Below, piece after piece: positions 30,681 to 41,100 of a stretch of DNA of 64,000 nucleotides. Under the pieces are notes generated by a model that saw only the letters and a program-made list of their open reading frames with translations, made no database searches and was not told the DNA's origin. Location of the stretch: NCBI GenBank assembly GCA_964637955.1, contig CAZWXQ010000003.1:95154-159153 (forward strand), given 5' to 3'. Within the stretch, counting starts at the first letter, position 1. Each line of letters opens with the position of its first letter. Both the position numbers and the translations under genes were made by a program. The DNA comes from an uncultured Gammaproteobacteria bacterium. Its GTDB lineage: Bacteria; Patescibacteriota; Microgenomatia; Levybacterales; UBA12049.

Positions 30681-32751
30681 AATATTAACTTTTTTCGGAA
30701 TTCTTTTATTAATATTTATTGTTTTCAGAAATTGGTTTAGTTTAAATCCACTTTCGGCTGGGGACTGGGGTTATAAATTTTCAGAAACTATTGGAAAATA
30801 TCCCATCTTTCCATATGCTTGGGATTCGACAGGATTCTCAACGGGGCTTGGAAAAATTGTTATTTTTTTAATCGGCTTAAATTCATATTTTCTATCAACC
30901 ACCTCTTTATTATTTAATAATTTAAATATTCCATGGGTTTTAATTGAAAGGCTGATTTGGTTTTGGCCATTTTTATTCATCAGTTTAATAGCGCCATATC
31001 TTTTATTCTCAAAAATATTTTCAAAAAAATTTGCTTTTATATCTTCGCTCGTTTTTCTTTTTAATTCATACATCCTAATGATAGTTGGTGGTGGTCAAAT
31101 GGGAATTGCAATGGCTTACTCTTTAGCGCCTTTAATATTACTCGCAGAAATTACTTTATTAAGAAATTTAGATACAAATAAAATTTCAAGGTTGACTGAT
31201 AGGGAGCAATTAAATAGATCAATTTTACTTGGATTCTTATTTTGTTTTCAATTAATTTTAGATATAAGAATTGCTTATATAACAATTGCTATGATTCTTA
31301 TTTATCTTGGTCTATGGATTTTTACTTTCTCTTTAAATAATGGATCAAAAATCGGTAAAATAAAATTTTTAATTAAAATTATTTTTTATTCATTATTTTT
31401 ACCAGGATTAATAAGCTTACTGCTTAATTTATTTTGGATACTTCCAGGAATAATTTCAGGTAGTAATCCGATTAATGATTTAGGATCTGCATATTCATCG
31501 ATTGAAGCTGTTAAATTTTTCAGTTTTGTAAAATTAGAAAATTCTCTCAGTCTAATGCATCCATATTGGTCGGATAATATTTTTGGAAAAACACGTTTTC
31601 TTGATCCAATATTTATAATTATTCCCATTCTCGCATTCAGTTCTCTTATCTACATTAAAAACTTATCAAAAGAAAAGAAATTTTTTATTATATTTTTCAA
31701 CCTCCTTGGATTAATTGGTATTTTCTTAGCGAAGGGTTCAAGTGATCCTTTGGGAGAGATATATTTGTGGTTATTTAACTATTTTCCTGGATTTTTTATG
31801 TTTAGAGATTCATCTAAATGGTACTTATTCATAGTAATTTCTTATAGCATTTTGATTCCATTTACTATTAGTAAAATTTATGAGAGTATCGAAAAATTTG
31901 ATAATGTTAAAAAATTTACAAAAAATAAAATATTAAATCTTCAGAACATATTTTTAATTTTAATAGGTATTTATTTCTTAACTCTTTTAAAGCCTGCGCT
32001 ATTAGGTCAACTTAACGGTACATTTAAGTCAGCTCAAGTTCCATTTGAATATATTCAACTCAAGAATTTACTAGAGAAGGATAAAAATTTTTCGAGAGTA
32101 TTATGGGTACCTCAAGCATCTCGTTATGGATATTATTCAGGTGATCATCCTGCTGTTTTGGCACAAGATTATTTAAAAATTTACGACTCAGAAAAAATTA
32201 TAAAAGAACTTAAGCAAAATAAATCAAAAGACGTATTTAGTCGTGCAGGGGTTAAATATATTATTGTTCCATATGATAATTTAGGAGAAATATTTTTAGA
32301 AGATAGAAAATATAGTGATAAAAATTATTCACATTATGTAAATAGCTTGAATTCGATAGGATGGATAAAAAGAGTTGGAAATTTTGGGAAAATTGTAATT
32401 TATGAAGCTCAAGATCCAAAAGATCATTTTTGGTGTGATTGTAATGCCCAGATAAATTTTAAATATATAAATTCTACGCTTTATACAGTTAATCTAAAAA
32501 ATGTAAATAAAGGAGATAAGTTAATTTTTAACGAAGCATACGACAAAAAATGGATTATGAAAAATTCCAATTTAAATATAAATTCAGAAAAATATGATAA
32601 GAAATACAATAGTTTTGTTCTTCCCGAAGGCTCATATTCTGCTCAGATATATTATTCAGCTCAAGACTGGCTTAGGATTGGGTTGATAATAAGCTTAATA
32701 ACATTTTTTAGTTTAATGATTATTATTTTTTACTTATATAAGAAGTATTAA
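30670..32751 (+). CDS. Large membrane protein (693 aa), paralog of the C-terminal architecture of 19615..22995. GT-C/YfhO-like candidate.
   Basis: N-terminal multi-TM region ('LSAGDWGYKF' near the start), extracytoplasmic domain, C-terminal anchor 'LRIGLIISLITFFSLMIIIFYLYKKY' nearly identical in pattern to 'FKVGLIISLITFLIISAYLIW'. Confidence 0.4.
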   Translation: MKIKILTFFGILLLIFIVFRNWFSLNPLSAGDWGYKFSETIGKYPIFPYAWDSTGFSTGLGKIVIFLIGLNSYFLSTTSLLFNNLNIPWVLIERLIWFWPFLFISLIAPYLLFSKIFSKKFAFISSLVFLFNSYILMIVGGGQMGIAMAYSLAPLILLAEITLLRNLDTNKISRLTDREQLNRSILLGFLFCFQLILDIRIAYITIAMILIYLGLWIFTFSLNNGSKIGKIKFLIKIIFYSLFLPGLISLLLNLFWILPGIISGSNPINDLGSAYSSIEAVKFFSFVKLENSLSLMHPYWSDNIFGKTRFLDPIFIIIPILAFSSLIYIKNLSKEKKFFIIFFNLLGLIGIFLAKGSSDPLGEIYLWLFNYFPGFFMFRDSSKWYLFIVISYSILIPFTISKIYESIEKFDNVKKFTKNKILNLQNIFLILIGIYFLTLLKPALLGQLNGTFKSAQVPFEYIQLKNLLEKDKNFSRVLWVPQASRYGYYSGDHPAVLAQDYLKIYDSEKIIKELKQNKSKDVFSRAGVKYIIVPYDNLGEIFLEDRKYSDKNYSHYVNSLNSIGWIKRVGNFGKIVIYEAQDPKDHFWCDCNAQINFKYINSTLYTVNLKNVNKGDKLIFNEAYDKKWIMKNSNLNINSEKYDKKYNSFVLPEGSYSAQIYYSAQDWLRIGLIISLITFFSLMIIIFYLYKKY

Positions 32752-32787
32752 TAATACATTTAATATGATATTATTTTTTACGAAATT

Positions 32788-33810
32788 ATGAAAATACTTG
32801 TAACTGGAGCAGGGGGCTTTATGGGGAGCCATTTGGTGGATGGGCTTGTTAAAGAGAATCAAAAAGTTTTTGCAGTAGATGATTTGTCTGGAGGATTTAA
32901 AGAAAATTTAAATTCAAAAAGTTATTTCACAAAGCTTGATTTAAGAGATGAAAAAAAAGTTTCTAAATATATACAAGAAATAAAGCCTGATGTTATTTAT
33001 CATCTTGCAGCAGATGCAACAGAAGGCAGAAGTCAGTTTACCCCTATAAATTGTACAGCAAGAAATTATATGGCTTATCTTAATCTTCTTGTGCCAGCTA
33101 TAAATAATGGATTAAAGAAAATAATTTTAACCTCCTCAATGAGCGTATATGGTTCACAGAAGCCTCCTTTTAATGAGGACATGGAGAGATTGCCAGATGA
33201 CATTTATGGAGTGTCTAAAGCGTCAATGGAGAAATCGACTGAAATTCTATCAAGTGTCCATGGATTTAAATATGTAATTATCAGACCTCATAATGTTTAT
33301 GGACCCAGACAAAATATGCAAGATCCCTACAGAAACGTCATAGCAATCTTTATTAACTGCTTGTTGGGAAATAAAAACTATTATATATATGGAGAAGGGA
33401 AACAAAAAAGAGCGTTTACATATATAGATGATTTTACGCCATATATTATTAAAGCTGGGAATTTAAAGAAGGCAGAAGGTGAAATTTTCAACATTGGTCC
33501 TATGCAAGAATATACTATTAAAGAGCTGTCAGATATAATCTTAAGAAATTTTTTTCCAGATGGAGATATTCCAAAAAAATTACTACCAAAATATTTGCCA
33601 ATTAGGCCAATGGAAGTTGTTGATGCCTGGAGCACTGTTAGTAAGGCGGAAAAAATGCTCGGTTATAAAACCTCTGTTAACCTTGAAGATGGAGTTTCTA
33701 AAATGATTCAGTGGGCTAAGCCAAAAGGATATTCGAAGTTCAAGTACTTGTCTGACTTAGAAATAAACAGTGATAAAACCCCAAATACTTGGAAGAAAAA
33801 ACTAATTTAG
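32788..33810 (+). CDS. NAD-dependent sugar-nucleotide epimerase/dehydratase (extended SDR)
   Basis: 'MKILVTGAGGFMGSHL', 'YGVSKASME'. Confidence 0.7.
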   Translation: MKILVTGAGGFMGSHLVDGLVKENQKVFAVDDLSGGFKENLNSKSYFTKLDLRDEKKVSKYIQEIKPDVIYHLAADATEGRSQFTPINCTARNYMAYLNLLVPAINNGLKKIILTSSMSVYGSQKPPFNEDMERLPDDIYGVSKASMEKSTEILSSVHGFKYVIIRPHNVYGPRQNMQDPYRNVIAIFINCLLGNKNYYIYGEGKQKRAFTYIDDFTPYIIKAGNLKKAEGEIFNIGPMQEYTIKELSDIILRNFFPDGDIPKKLLPKYLPIRPMEVVDAWSTVSKAEKMLGYKTSVNLEDGVSKMIQWAKPKGYSKFKYLSDLEINSDKTPNTWKKKLI

Positions 33811-33837
33811 TCATTTAAATGATATAATTAGATTCAT

Positions 33838-34767
33838 ATGTTAAGTGTAGTTATTCCTGTTTTCAATGAAGAAGAAAGCATTGCTCATTTCTATGAGGAG
33901 CTAAAAAAGCTTCTTCCATCTATTTCAAAAGAAAACGAAATAATATTTGTTGATGATGGATCATTTGATAGCACTTTAGGTATTATTAAAGACTTTGAAA
34001 AAAAAGATAAGTCAGTGAGTGTATTTTCATTTAGGAGAAACCATGGAAAAGCAGAAGCATTAACTTATGGTTTTCAAAAAGCAGAAGGCGATTTGGTTCT
34101 AACACTTGATGCAGATCTTCAAGATAAGCCCTCTGAAGTACACAAATTACTGGAAAAACAAAAAGAAGGATATGATTTGGTTTCTGGATGGAGAAAAAAT
34201 AGAAAAGATTCATTTGCAAAAATAATATTTTCAAAGACTTTTAACGCAGTGGCAAGGGCTTTTTGGAAAACAAAACTTCATGATTATAATTGCGGGCTGA
34301 AGCTTTATACCAGAGATGCAGCAAAATCTCTAAATCTATATGGTGGAATGCATAGATTTATTCCGCTGCTGCTTGCTCAAGAGGGATTTAGAATAACAGA
34401 AGTAGCAGTTGAACATGATGTAAGGCGTTTTGGTAAGTCGAAATACAGTGCATGGAAGGTTCTTACGCAACTTCCAGATATGATGACTATGTTATTTTTG
34501 AGTAAATTTTCCCAAAGGCCTTCTCATTTTTTTGGATTCTTGGGGGCCGTAATGTCATTTTTTGGGATTTTAATATTATTTTATCTAACTATCATACATT
34601 TCCAAGGAGAATCAATTGGCACAAGGCCACTTTTGAATCTTGGAATGCTCTTAATAATAGCTGGAATTCAAGTAGGGCTAACGGGGCTAATTGGAGATAT
34701 GATTTTAAGTACATCCAAAAAAGACCAAGTAAAAATGATGGATTTAAAATACCCTGAAAGTGAGTGA
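33838..34767 (+). CDS. Polyprenol-phosphate glycosyltransferase (GT2; ArnC/GtrB/DPM1 family) with C-terminal TM helices
   Basis: 'MLSVVIPVFNEEESIAHFYEEL...EIIFVDDGSFDST...FRRNHGKAEALTYGFQKAEGDLVLTLDADLQD' plus two C-terminal TM helices, the canonical GtrB/ArnC layout. Confidence 0.8.
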   Translation: MLSVVIPVFNEEESIAHFYEELKKLLPSISKENEIIFVDDGSFDSTLGIIKDFEKKDKSVSVFSFRRNHGKAEALTYGFQKAEGDLVLTLDADLQDKPSEVHKLLEKQKEGYDLVSGWRKNRKDSFAKIIFSKTFNAVARAFWKTKLHDYNCGLKLYTRDAAKSLNLYGGMHRFIPLLLAQEGFRITEVAVEHDVRRFGKSKYSAWKVLTQLPDMMTMLFLSKFSQRPSHFFGFLGAVMSFFGILILFYLTIIHFQGESIGTRPLLNLGMLLIIAGIQVGLTGLIGDMILSTSKKDQVKMMDLKYPESE

Positions 34768-34994
34768 TGTATATAAAACCTCAAGATATTCTATTTATCT
34801 TAATATTGATTCCACTTCTATATAAGAGAAGTCCAAAATACTTTGTAATCGCAGGACTTACCTGTCTTTTAATTTCAATGCCTCTGTTTTATAAATGGAT
34901 TTTTTTCACTGCACAAAGGTTTACTCTTTATGCATTTATTTTTCTATTTATTGCAGTTCTTTTAAATCTACTTAAGATTAGGCATAATAAGTAA
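34764..34994 (+). CDS. Small membrane protein (76 aa, 2-3 TM), unknown. Positioned like a GtrA-type accessory protein.
   Basis: Hydrophobic helices; ATGA-type overlap with the upstream Und-P glycosyltransferase. Confidence 0.3.
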   Translation: MMYIKPQDILFILILIPLLYKRSPKYFVIAGLTCLLISMPLFYKWIFFTAQRFTLYAFIFLFIAVLLNLLKIRHNK

Positions 34995-35000
34995 ATGAGG

Positions 35001-35030
35001 CCCCGTTAGATTAATTTAATGGGGTTGTCT
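35001..35030 (+). terminator. Candidate intrinsic terminator: stem CCCCGUU/AAUGGGG (one G-U pair), 10-nt loop, followed by UUGUCUU
   Basis: Read directly from the sequence; the only GC-rich hairpin plus U-run seen inside the island. Confidence 0.3.
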
Positions 35031-35031
35031 T

Positions 35032-35601
35032 ATGGATAATATTAATAGTAAATCTAACGGGATAAAAATCGGAATTGATGTTAGTCAGCTTGCATACCCA
35101 AATACCGGAGTAGCAAATATTCTTAAAAATTTAATAAATACACTTCTTGAAACAGATAGAAAAAACGAATATGTTTTTTTCTTTTCGAGTTTACGCGGTA
35201 ATCTTGATCCAGAATTTTTAAAGCATCAAAAAAATCCTCAAGTGGAAATAAAAATGTTTAAATTTCCACCTTCTTTTTTAAACTTTTTATGGAACAAGCT
35301 TCATATCCTGCCTATAAATTATTTAATTGGCCCCGTTGATTTGTTTATTACTTCTGACTGGACTGAGCCCCCAATTAAAAAATCTAAAAAATTAACAATA
35401 ATTTATGATTTAGTTATTTTTAAAAGTCCCGAAGAAACGCATAATAAAATAGTAGAAACTCAAAAAAGAAAGCTTAAATGGGTAAAGAAGGAATCCGATA
35501 TGATTATAACTATTTCGCAGTCTAGCAAAAGAGATATTGAGAATATACTTCATATAGATTCTAAAAAAATAAGAGTAATATATCCCGGATTTAGCTTATG
35601 A
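35032..35601 (+). pseudogene. Truncated GT4 glycosyltransferase (N-terminal Rossmann domain only)
   Basis: 189 aa 'IGIDVSQLAYPNTGVANILKNL...NEYVFFF' aligns to the N-domains of the GT4s at 7206, 35598 and 44918. It ends ('IRVIYPGFSL*') where their C-terminal catalytic domain begins; no EGFG motif. Confidence 0.5.
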
Positions 35602-36737
35602 ATATAGGAATAAACGGTTATGAAGCAGTAGTTCCAAGGTTTGGATTTGAAAAGAACACAGGACTTCCAAATAGAGTGGGAAGTAGTGAGTTTTGTTATC
35701 AGCTTCTAATGGCACTCTCAAAAGTTGAGAATAAGAATAAATATTTTATTTATCTTCCAGTTGAGCCAACTTCAGATATGCCAAAAGAAACTTCTAATTG
35801 GAAATACGAAGTAATTAAGTCGAAGAAAATCTGGACAATTACAGCTTTGGGTAAAAAACTCATAAAAAATAATGACAAACTCGATGTATTTTTTAGTCCT
35901 ACTCACTATGTTCCATTTATGTTTTCAATTCCGACTGTAATTTCAATTCTAGATGTGTCTTATATTCATTTTCCAAAATTATTTAATAACAAAGATCTGA
36001 TAAAGTTAAAGTATTGGGGAAAATATTCGATTGGAAGATCTAAGAAAATTATTACGATAAGCGAATCAAGTAAGAGTGATATAATCAAAACATATCAGTT
36101 AAATTCCGAAACAGTAGAGGTAGTTTACCCCGGAGTTAAGAACGATCTGAATAAGAGTAAAAAAGAATTAAGTATGGATGATTTGAGTAAAAATTTTGGT
36201 GTCGATGAAAAATATATCCTGTTTGTTGGTACTCTTCAGCCTCGAAAAAATATCGTAAGACTTATTGAAGCATTTTCAAAAATTGACAGTAACGTATTGC
36301 TTGTAATAATTGGTCGAAAAGGATGGCAATTTGAAGAAATATTAGATGCACCGAATAAGTTTGAAGTTAAAGAAAGGGTGATATTCTTAGAAAATATTGT
36401 GGATGAGGATTTACCCGCGTTTTATGAAAATGCAGAGTTTTTTATTCTTCCAAGTCTTTACGAAGGATTTGGTTTGCCAGTTCTTGAGGCCATGAAGTAC
36501 GATTGTCCTGTCATAACAAGTAACGTAAGTAGTCTCCCAGAGGCAGGAGGGAACGCAGCTCTTTATGTGGATCCTAAAGACACAGATGATATTTCTAAAA
36601 ATATGCAAAAATTACTTGATGATAAAGAGTTGAGGTCTGAATTAGTAAAAAAAGGAAAAGAGCAAATTAAAAAATTCTCATGGCAGCAGTCTGCAAAAGA
36701 TACACTTAAGGTTTTAGAGGAGGTAGCAAATGCTTAG
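35598..36737 (+). CDS. Glycosyltransferase family 4
   Basis: 'SLYEGFGLPVLEAMKYDCPVITSNVSSLPE'; ATGA overlap with the upstream fragment. Confidence 0.8.
   Translation: MNIGINGYEAVVPRFGFEKNTGLPNRVGSSEFCYQLLMALSKVENKNKYFIYLPVEPTSDMPKETSNWKYEVIKSKKIWTITALGKKLIKNNDKLDVFFSPTHYVPFMFSIPTVISILDVSYIHFPKLFNNKDLIKLKYWGKYSIGRSKKIITISESSKSDIIKTYQLNSETVEVVYPGVKNDLNKSKKELSMDDLSKNFGVDEKYILFVGTLQPRKNIVRLIEAFSKIDSNVLLVIIGRKGWQFEEILDAPNKFEVKERVIFLENIVDEDLPAFYENAEFFILPSLYEGFGLPVLEAMKYDCPVITSNVSSLPEAGGNAALYVDPKDTDDISKNMQKLLDDKELRSELVKKGKEQIKKFSWQQSAKDTLKVLEEVANA
36457..36487 (+). repeat. 31-nt stretch identical to 7981..8011
   Basis: Exact match 'tttacgaaggatttggtttgccagttcttga'. Confidence 0.6.
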
Positions 36738-37284
36738 GAAGATTAAAAGAAGAACGAGTACTTTAATAAGAGAATTTGAGAATATGTTAATGGCTTGGTG
36801 TGGGCATGTTCCTTCTCATCATTTCAGAAGATTTATTTACCGACTTGGAGGAATGAAGATTGGAAAAGGATCCACAATTCATACAGAAGCCAAATTTTAT
36901 AATGCAAAAAATATAAAAATTGGAAAAGATACCATTATAGGAGAAGGAGCTGTTCTTGACGGACGCGATAAACTTCTGATTGGTGATCACGTGGATTTAG
37001 CATCAGAAGTGATGATTTATAATTGTGAACATGATGTTAATGATCCTGATTTCAAGTCGTCCTGTGGGGTTGTTGAAATTGGAGATTATGTATTCATCGG
37101 TCCAAGGGTGATAATTCTTCCTGGGGTAAAGATTGGAAAAGGAGCTGTAGTCGGGGCTGGAGCAGTTGTTACTAAAGACATCGAAGAATTTAAGATAGTT
37201 GGTGGAGTTCCCGCAAAAGAAATTGGTGAGCGAAAAAATAAAACCCCAAATTATAAATTAGGAAGAGCTGCCTGGTTTAGATAG
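36730..37284 (+). CDS. Hexapeptide-repeat (LbH) acetyltransferase
   Basis: 'VFIGPRVIILPGVKIGKGAVVGAGAVVTKDIEEFKIVGGVPAKEI'. Confidence 0.75.
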   Translation: MLRKIKRRTSTLIREFENMLMAWCGHVPSHHFRRFIYRLGGMKIGKGSTIHTEAKFYNAKNIKIGKDTIIGEGAVLDGRDKLLIGDHVDLASEVMIYNCEHDVNDPDFKSSCGVVEIGDYVFIGPRVIILPGVKIGKGAVVGAGAVVTKDIEEFKIVGGVPAKEIGERKNKTPNYKLGRAAWFR

Positions 37285-37285
37285 T

Positions 37286-38137
37286 ATGCCGGAAGTCACG
37301 ATAATTATTCTTACATATAACTCCGAAAGCTACATTGAAAGCTTACTAAAAAGTCTTAAGGATTTTGCAAAAGGTCAGGAGATTATCGTCGTGGATAATG
37401 CTTCGTCAGACGAAACTACAAAAATTGCTAAAAAATTTGATTCTTCAAAAGTTATAGAAACTGGAGAAAATTTAGGCTTTGCTAAAGGAATTAATTTGGG
37501 TTCTAAAAAAGCAAGAGGAAGGTTTTTGTTATTTTTAAATCCTGATGCAGCTTTTGAAAAAGGTAATATTGAAGATTTGACTAAGATATTTGAATCGCAT
37601 GAAAAAGTTGGCGTAGTAGGAGGCAAACTAATTGGGAAAGATGGAAAGCCTGAAAAATCTGCAGGCAAGTTTTTTAATTTTTTTGAAGTAGTAATGATTG
37701 CACTCGGACTCGATGAAAAATTTGGGCTGAGATATTCTCCTGAAAAAATCACCAAAGTTGATTTTGTAAGCGGTGGATTTATGATGGCAGAAAAAGAATT
37801 GTTCCAAAAATTAAGCGGCTTTGATGAAAATTTCTTTATGTACGTCGAGGATATGGAGCTTTGCTATAGAGTAAAGAAAAGTGGATATAAAGTTTATTTT
37901 ACACCTGAAGTAGTAATTTCACATGTTGGACAAGGAAGTAGTAATAGAAGTTTTGCCGTCATCAATATTTATAAAGGTATAATTTATTTCTTCAAAAAAC
38001 AAAAATATCCTATTGAATACTTTACTGTAAAATTGATATTTTGCTCTAAGGCTATTACGCTTTACTTACTAGGAATAATTTTAAATAACAGTTATTATAA
38101 AAGCACTTACAAAGAAGCTTTTAAAGCAATTAAATAA
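37286..38137 (+). CDS. Glycosyltransferase family 2
   Basis: 'VTIIILTYNSESYIESLLKSLKDF..EIIVVDNASSDET', 'YVEDMELCYR'. Confidence 0.75.
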   Translation: MPEVTIIILTYNSESYIESLLKSLKDFAKGQEIIVVDNASSDETTKIAKKFDSSKVIETGENLGFAKGINLGSKKARGRFLLFLNPDAAFEKGNIEDLTKIFESHEKVGVVGGKLIGKDGKPEKSAGKFFNFFEVVMIALGLDEKFGLRYSPEKITKVDFVSGGFMMAEKELFQKLSGFDENFFMYVEDMELCYRVKKSGYKVYFTPEVVISHVGQGSSNRSFAVINIYKGIIYFFKKQKYPIEYFTVKLIFCSKAITLYLLGIILNNSYYKSTYKEAFKAIK

Positions 38138-38138
38138 T

Positions 38139-41100
38139 ATGAAAAAGGTACTTAAACTTATTTGGGATAATATTTTATTCATAGAAACAATATTTCTGTT
38201 AATATTTATTCCACTTTATCCTAAGCTTCCACTTCTGGATATACGAAACACATGGGTGTATATAAGAGCTGAAGATTTTATAGTTTTTTTCGTTTTAATC
38301 TCATGGATCATCCTTTTAATAAAAGAAAAAATCACATTTAAGACTCCACTAACTATTCCAATTCTCCTGTTTTGGATAATTGGTGCTATCGCGACTACTC
38401 ATGGTGTTCTTCTTATCTTTCCTGAAATTTCAAATGTTTATCCGAATGTAGCTTTCCTGAGTCTAGTCAGACATATCGAATATATGAGCGTGTTCTTCAT
38501 CGCGTTCGCAGCGATAAAAACAAAGAAACAACTAAATATCGTTCTTGCAACAGTAGTAGGTACGCTAGTTGGGGTAATATTCTATGGTTTTGGTCAGAAA
38601 TATCTTGGATTCCCTGCATACCTTACAATGAACGAAGAGTTTGCGAAGGGAGTTCCATTGAAGCTGTCTGAATTATCTCGTGTCCCGTCGACTTTTGCAG
38701 GACATTATGATCTTGCAGCATATTTAGTTTTCGTTATTCCAATTCTAATAAGTCTTTTCTTTGGTGTAAAAAATTGGATTATTAAAATTGTGCTGCTCGT
38801 AATTTCATTTTTAGGCTTCATTTTGTTGTTTATGACAGTTTCAAGGGTTTCTTTCGTCGTTTTATTTGCTGCACTTTTGGTAGTTTTCTTTTTTCAAAAA
38901 AAGAAACTTGTTTTGCTTTCAATTCCTCTAGGAATCATATTTGTTGTATTCCTTCTTACTTTCCAGTCATCACTTTTTGATAGATTTAAGAGTACCGTTT
39001 CTGAGGTTGATGTAGTAGTTGATGCGAAAACCGGTGAATCGCTGGGGCATGTTAAGTTTGTAGATAAAGGGTATCTTAAAGATAAATTAGTTCTTCAAAA
39101 CCGAGTTAAGGATAGTAAAGAATTGGCAAAAGCTATTACAGATTTAGAGGGAAATTCCGAATATTATTCATCTTCATCTGCAATACTTCCATTCAGATAC
39201 ATTCCTCCTGAGGTTCCATTAGTTCAATCTGTAAACATATCAAACGGAGAAAGTCTCGGACAAGGAACAGGATATATCAATTTATATTTGTCACCAGTTG
39301 TAAAGAGAATTGGGAATTTTTATTTAGAACTTCCTCCTGATTTCAAATCATCTCCCTCCGCGCAATTTTTAGTGCTTCATGGAGATTTCATTGTAAAAAG
39401 AGCTTCTGCCTATGATTTATCTTTTACGACTAGATTCCAAGGAGAATGGCCGCATGCAATTGAGGCATTTAAGAGAAATGTCCTATTTGGTAGTGGTTAT
39501 GGCTCGGTAAGTCTAGCTGTGGATAATAATTATCTTAGAATTCTTGGGGAGATTGGAATCGTTGGATTCTTATCATTTTTCTTGATATTTCTTAGCCTCG
39601 CAATTTACATCAGGAAAGTTTTTCCAGACATAGATTCAAAATTTGTTAAAAGTTATATTATTGGGTTTGGTGCAGGTGTAATCGGGCTTGCTTTAAATGC
39701 AACTTTAATTGATGTTTTTGAAGCTTCAAAGATAGCATTTCTTCTTTGGATTATGTCAGGAGTTACTTTTGGGGTCCTTCTTTTATATCAAAAAACTAAA
39801 TTTGATCTTTTTGATGAAATTAAAAAAGTTGCCACTTCGACATATGCAATCATTATTTATTTATTCTTTGCATGTCTTCTTTTATTTTCACCTACCTTAA
39901 GTAATTATTTTGTTGGAGATGATTTTACTTGGCTGCGTTGGGCTGCAGATCCACAAGGGTCAAACTTTCTCTCTATTGTCACAAATTACTTTACGAAGTC
40001 AGATGGGTTCTTCTACAGACCAGGAACCAAATTGCTCTTTTATTTAATGTATGAATCATTTTGGCTAAATCAAATCATGTATCATCTAGTTTCGATGCTT
40101 CTTCATTTCAGTGTTGCTGCATTGTTTTATCTTCTTGCAAGAAAGATTTTTAAGAATAATGTCCTTGCAGCTACATCTGCATTTATTTTTGTAATTTTGA
40201 GTGGAACTGCAGAGGCTATTCTTTGGATTTCTTCAATTGGCCACTTGATTACAGCGGCGCTTGGACTTTTGGGCCTATTATTCTTTACTCTTTGGGACGA
40301 AAAGAAGAAAATATATTATTTCATTGGCACTATAATTTCATTTTCTCTAGCACTTCTTTTCCAGGAAATTTCAATCGCATTTCCGCTTCTCATCCCAGCC
40401 TATATTTTATTTAAAGATACTTCACTTGCTTCTCTCAAAAGTGCTCTAAAAAGATGGGACTTTTTAGCCCTGTTTATACCGGTATTAATTTATTTAGGAA
40501 TGAGATTTGTATCTCAAAGTCATTGGACAGGAGGAGATTATAGTTATAATCTTATCCTTTTACCTTTTAATTTCATTGGAAACGCTGTTGGATATGCGTT
40601 ACTAACGTTACTAGGTCCTTTGTCGATCTCGATTTATAACATTCTTAGAAATGTTATGCGAGAGAATATAGTTGTTGCCATTATAGCTTTACCTTTCATT
40701 GCTTTGTTTATATACGCTTCATATAAATTTATCTATAAATCATTAAATAAAAATGAAAAGAGCATTGTTATTTTTGGTCTTCTACTTTTTATAATTACTT
40801 TACTTCCAGTAATTGGGCTTGGCAATATAGCTTCCCGACACGCTTATTTTGCATCAATGGGGTTAGTTCTTGTTTTTGTTCTAGGACTTAAGAAAATATA
40901 TGAATATCTGCTTAGTAGTGGAAAAGAGATTGCGATAGGCACTGTTGTAGTGATATTTTCCGTTTTTGCACTTTTCCATATTATTCAAGTTCAGCAAAGT
41001 TATTTCGAATGGAGAGAAGCTGGAAATAGGGTAAAGAATTTCTTTATCTCCTATGATGCATTATATGAGTCGCAGTGGACAAGCCCTGAGGCACAATTTC

